Source: a virus
Lineage: Duplodnaviria > Caudoviricetes
DNA: 64,000 bases
Virus record (IMG/VR): IMGVR_UViG_3300039106_000282
Coordinates: 791 to 64,790 of that record
Strand: one strand, 5' to 3'
Translations under genes and position numbers: made by a program
Shown: one piece after another, positions 63,778-64,000 of the stretch
Layout of the letters: every line of letters begins with the position of its first letter
How positions within the stretch are numbered: the stretch's first letter is position 1
The notes under the pieces: generated by a model
Databases searched by the model: none
The model's input: only the letters and a program-made list of their open reading frames with translations
What the model was told of the DNA's origin: nothing

Positions 63778-64000
63778 AGGTGAGATTAAAGACCAAGTAC
63801 GCAAGATACTTGATGAGATGGGAGCGTATTACTTTTTCCCTGCGGCTAACGGTTATGGTCGCACTGGTATACCCGATGTGATTGCGTGTATCGGTGGGCA
63901 TTTTGTAGGTATAGAGTGTAAGGCAGGCAGTAAACAACCCACAGCTTTGCAACAACGCGAGCTTGATAACATCGAGAAGGCAAAGGGTACAGGTATCCTC
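63761..64000 (+). CDS. VRR-NUC domain nuclease (3' end outside the window)
   Basis: MAKTPEGEIK...GYGRTGIPDVIAC..G.FVGIECKA...PTALQ. Confidence 0.88.
   Translation, partial: MAKTPEGEIKDQVRKILDEMGAYYFFPAANGYGRTGIPDVIACIGGHFVGIECKAGSKQPTALQQRELDNIEKAKGTGIL

Larger units (their letters stand above)
1..64000. mobile_element. Tailed dsDNA bacteriophage genome segment (podovirus-like; no integrase seen)
   Basis: Contains terminase, portal, major capsid, tail/internal virion proteins, lysozyme, PolA and primase-helicase. Genes are densely overlapping in three strand-coherent blocks. No tape-measure gene and no host housekeeping genes. Confidence 0.97.

Noticed and set aside
1-64000. tRNA or rRNA genes
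   Set aside because: No cloverleaf with T-loop GTTCRA and acceptor stem was found by eye in the intergenic gaps; tRNAscan-SE or ARAGORN would be decisive.

Overview
The whole window is one colinear segment of a dsDNA tailed phage with podovirus-like organisation. It probably covers most of the genome and is circularly permuted. Positions 1-15233 (+) hold replication and nucleotide-metabolism genes: family A DNA polymerase, stand-alone NrdJb, an HNH-dUTPase fusion, a divergent ThyX, DUF3310, a PD-(D/E)XK nuclease, an SNF2 helicase and a primase/DUF927 helicase. Positions 15261-54446 (-) hold the virion, lysis and packaging genes: a large polyvalent ejection protein, tail/fibre proteins including a 7x48-aa repeat propeller, lysozyme, major capsid, GroES, portal and terminases, with two free-standing homing endonucleases inserted. 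Positions 54.5-64 kb (+) hold a probable genome-end region and early genes with sigma70-type promoters, GP88-like, AAA/vWA and VRR-NUC genes. The most unusual signals are: (1) six palindromic ATTCCGTAC-N4-GTACGGAAT sites found only in the early region, the first next to a ~9.7x 11-bp tandem array; (2) a repeated, structured non-coding element at ~56.1-56.2 kb; (3) small genes joined by near-identical 17-31 bp junction repeats, suggesting a cassette array; (4) short peptide motifs shared across many unrelated virion proteins; (5) strong GATC avoidance. I found no integrase, tRNA, CRISPR array or reverse transcriptase. All product calls come from motif recognition by eye, with no database search.
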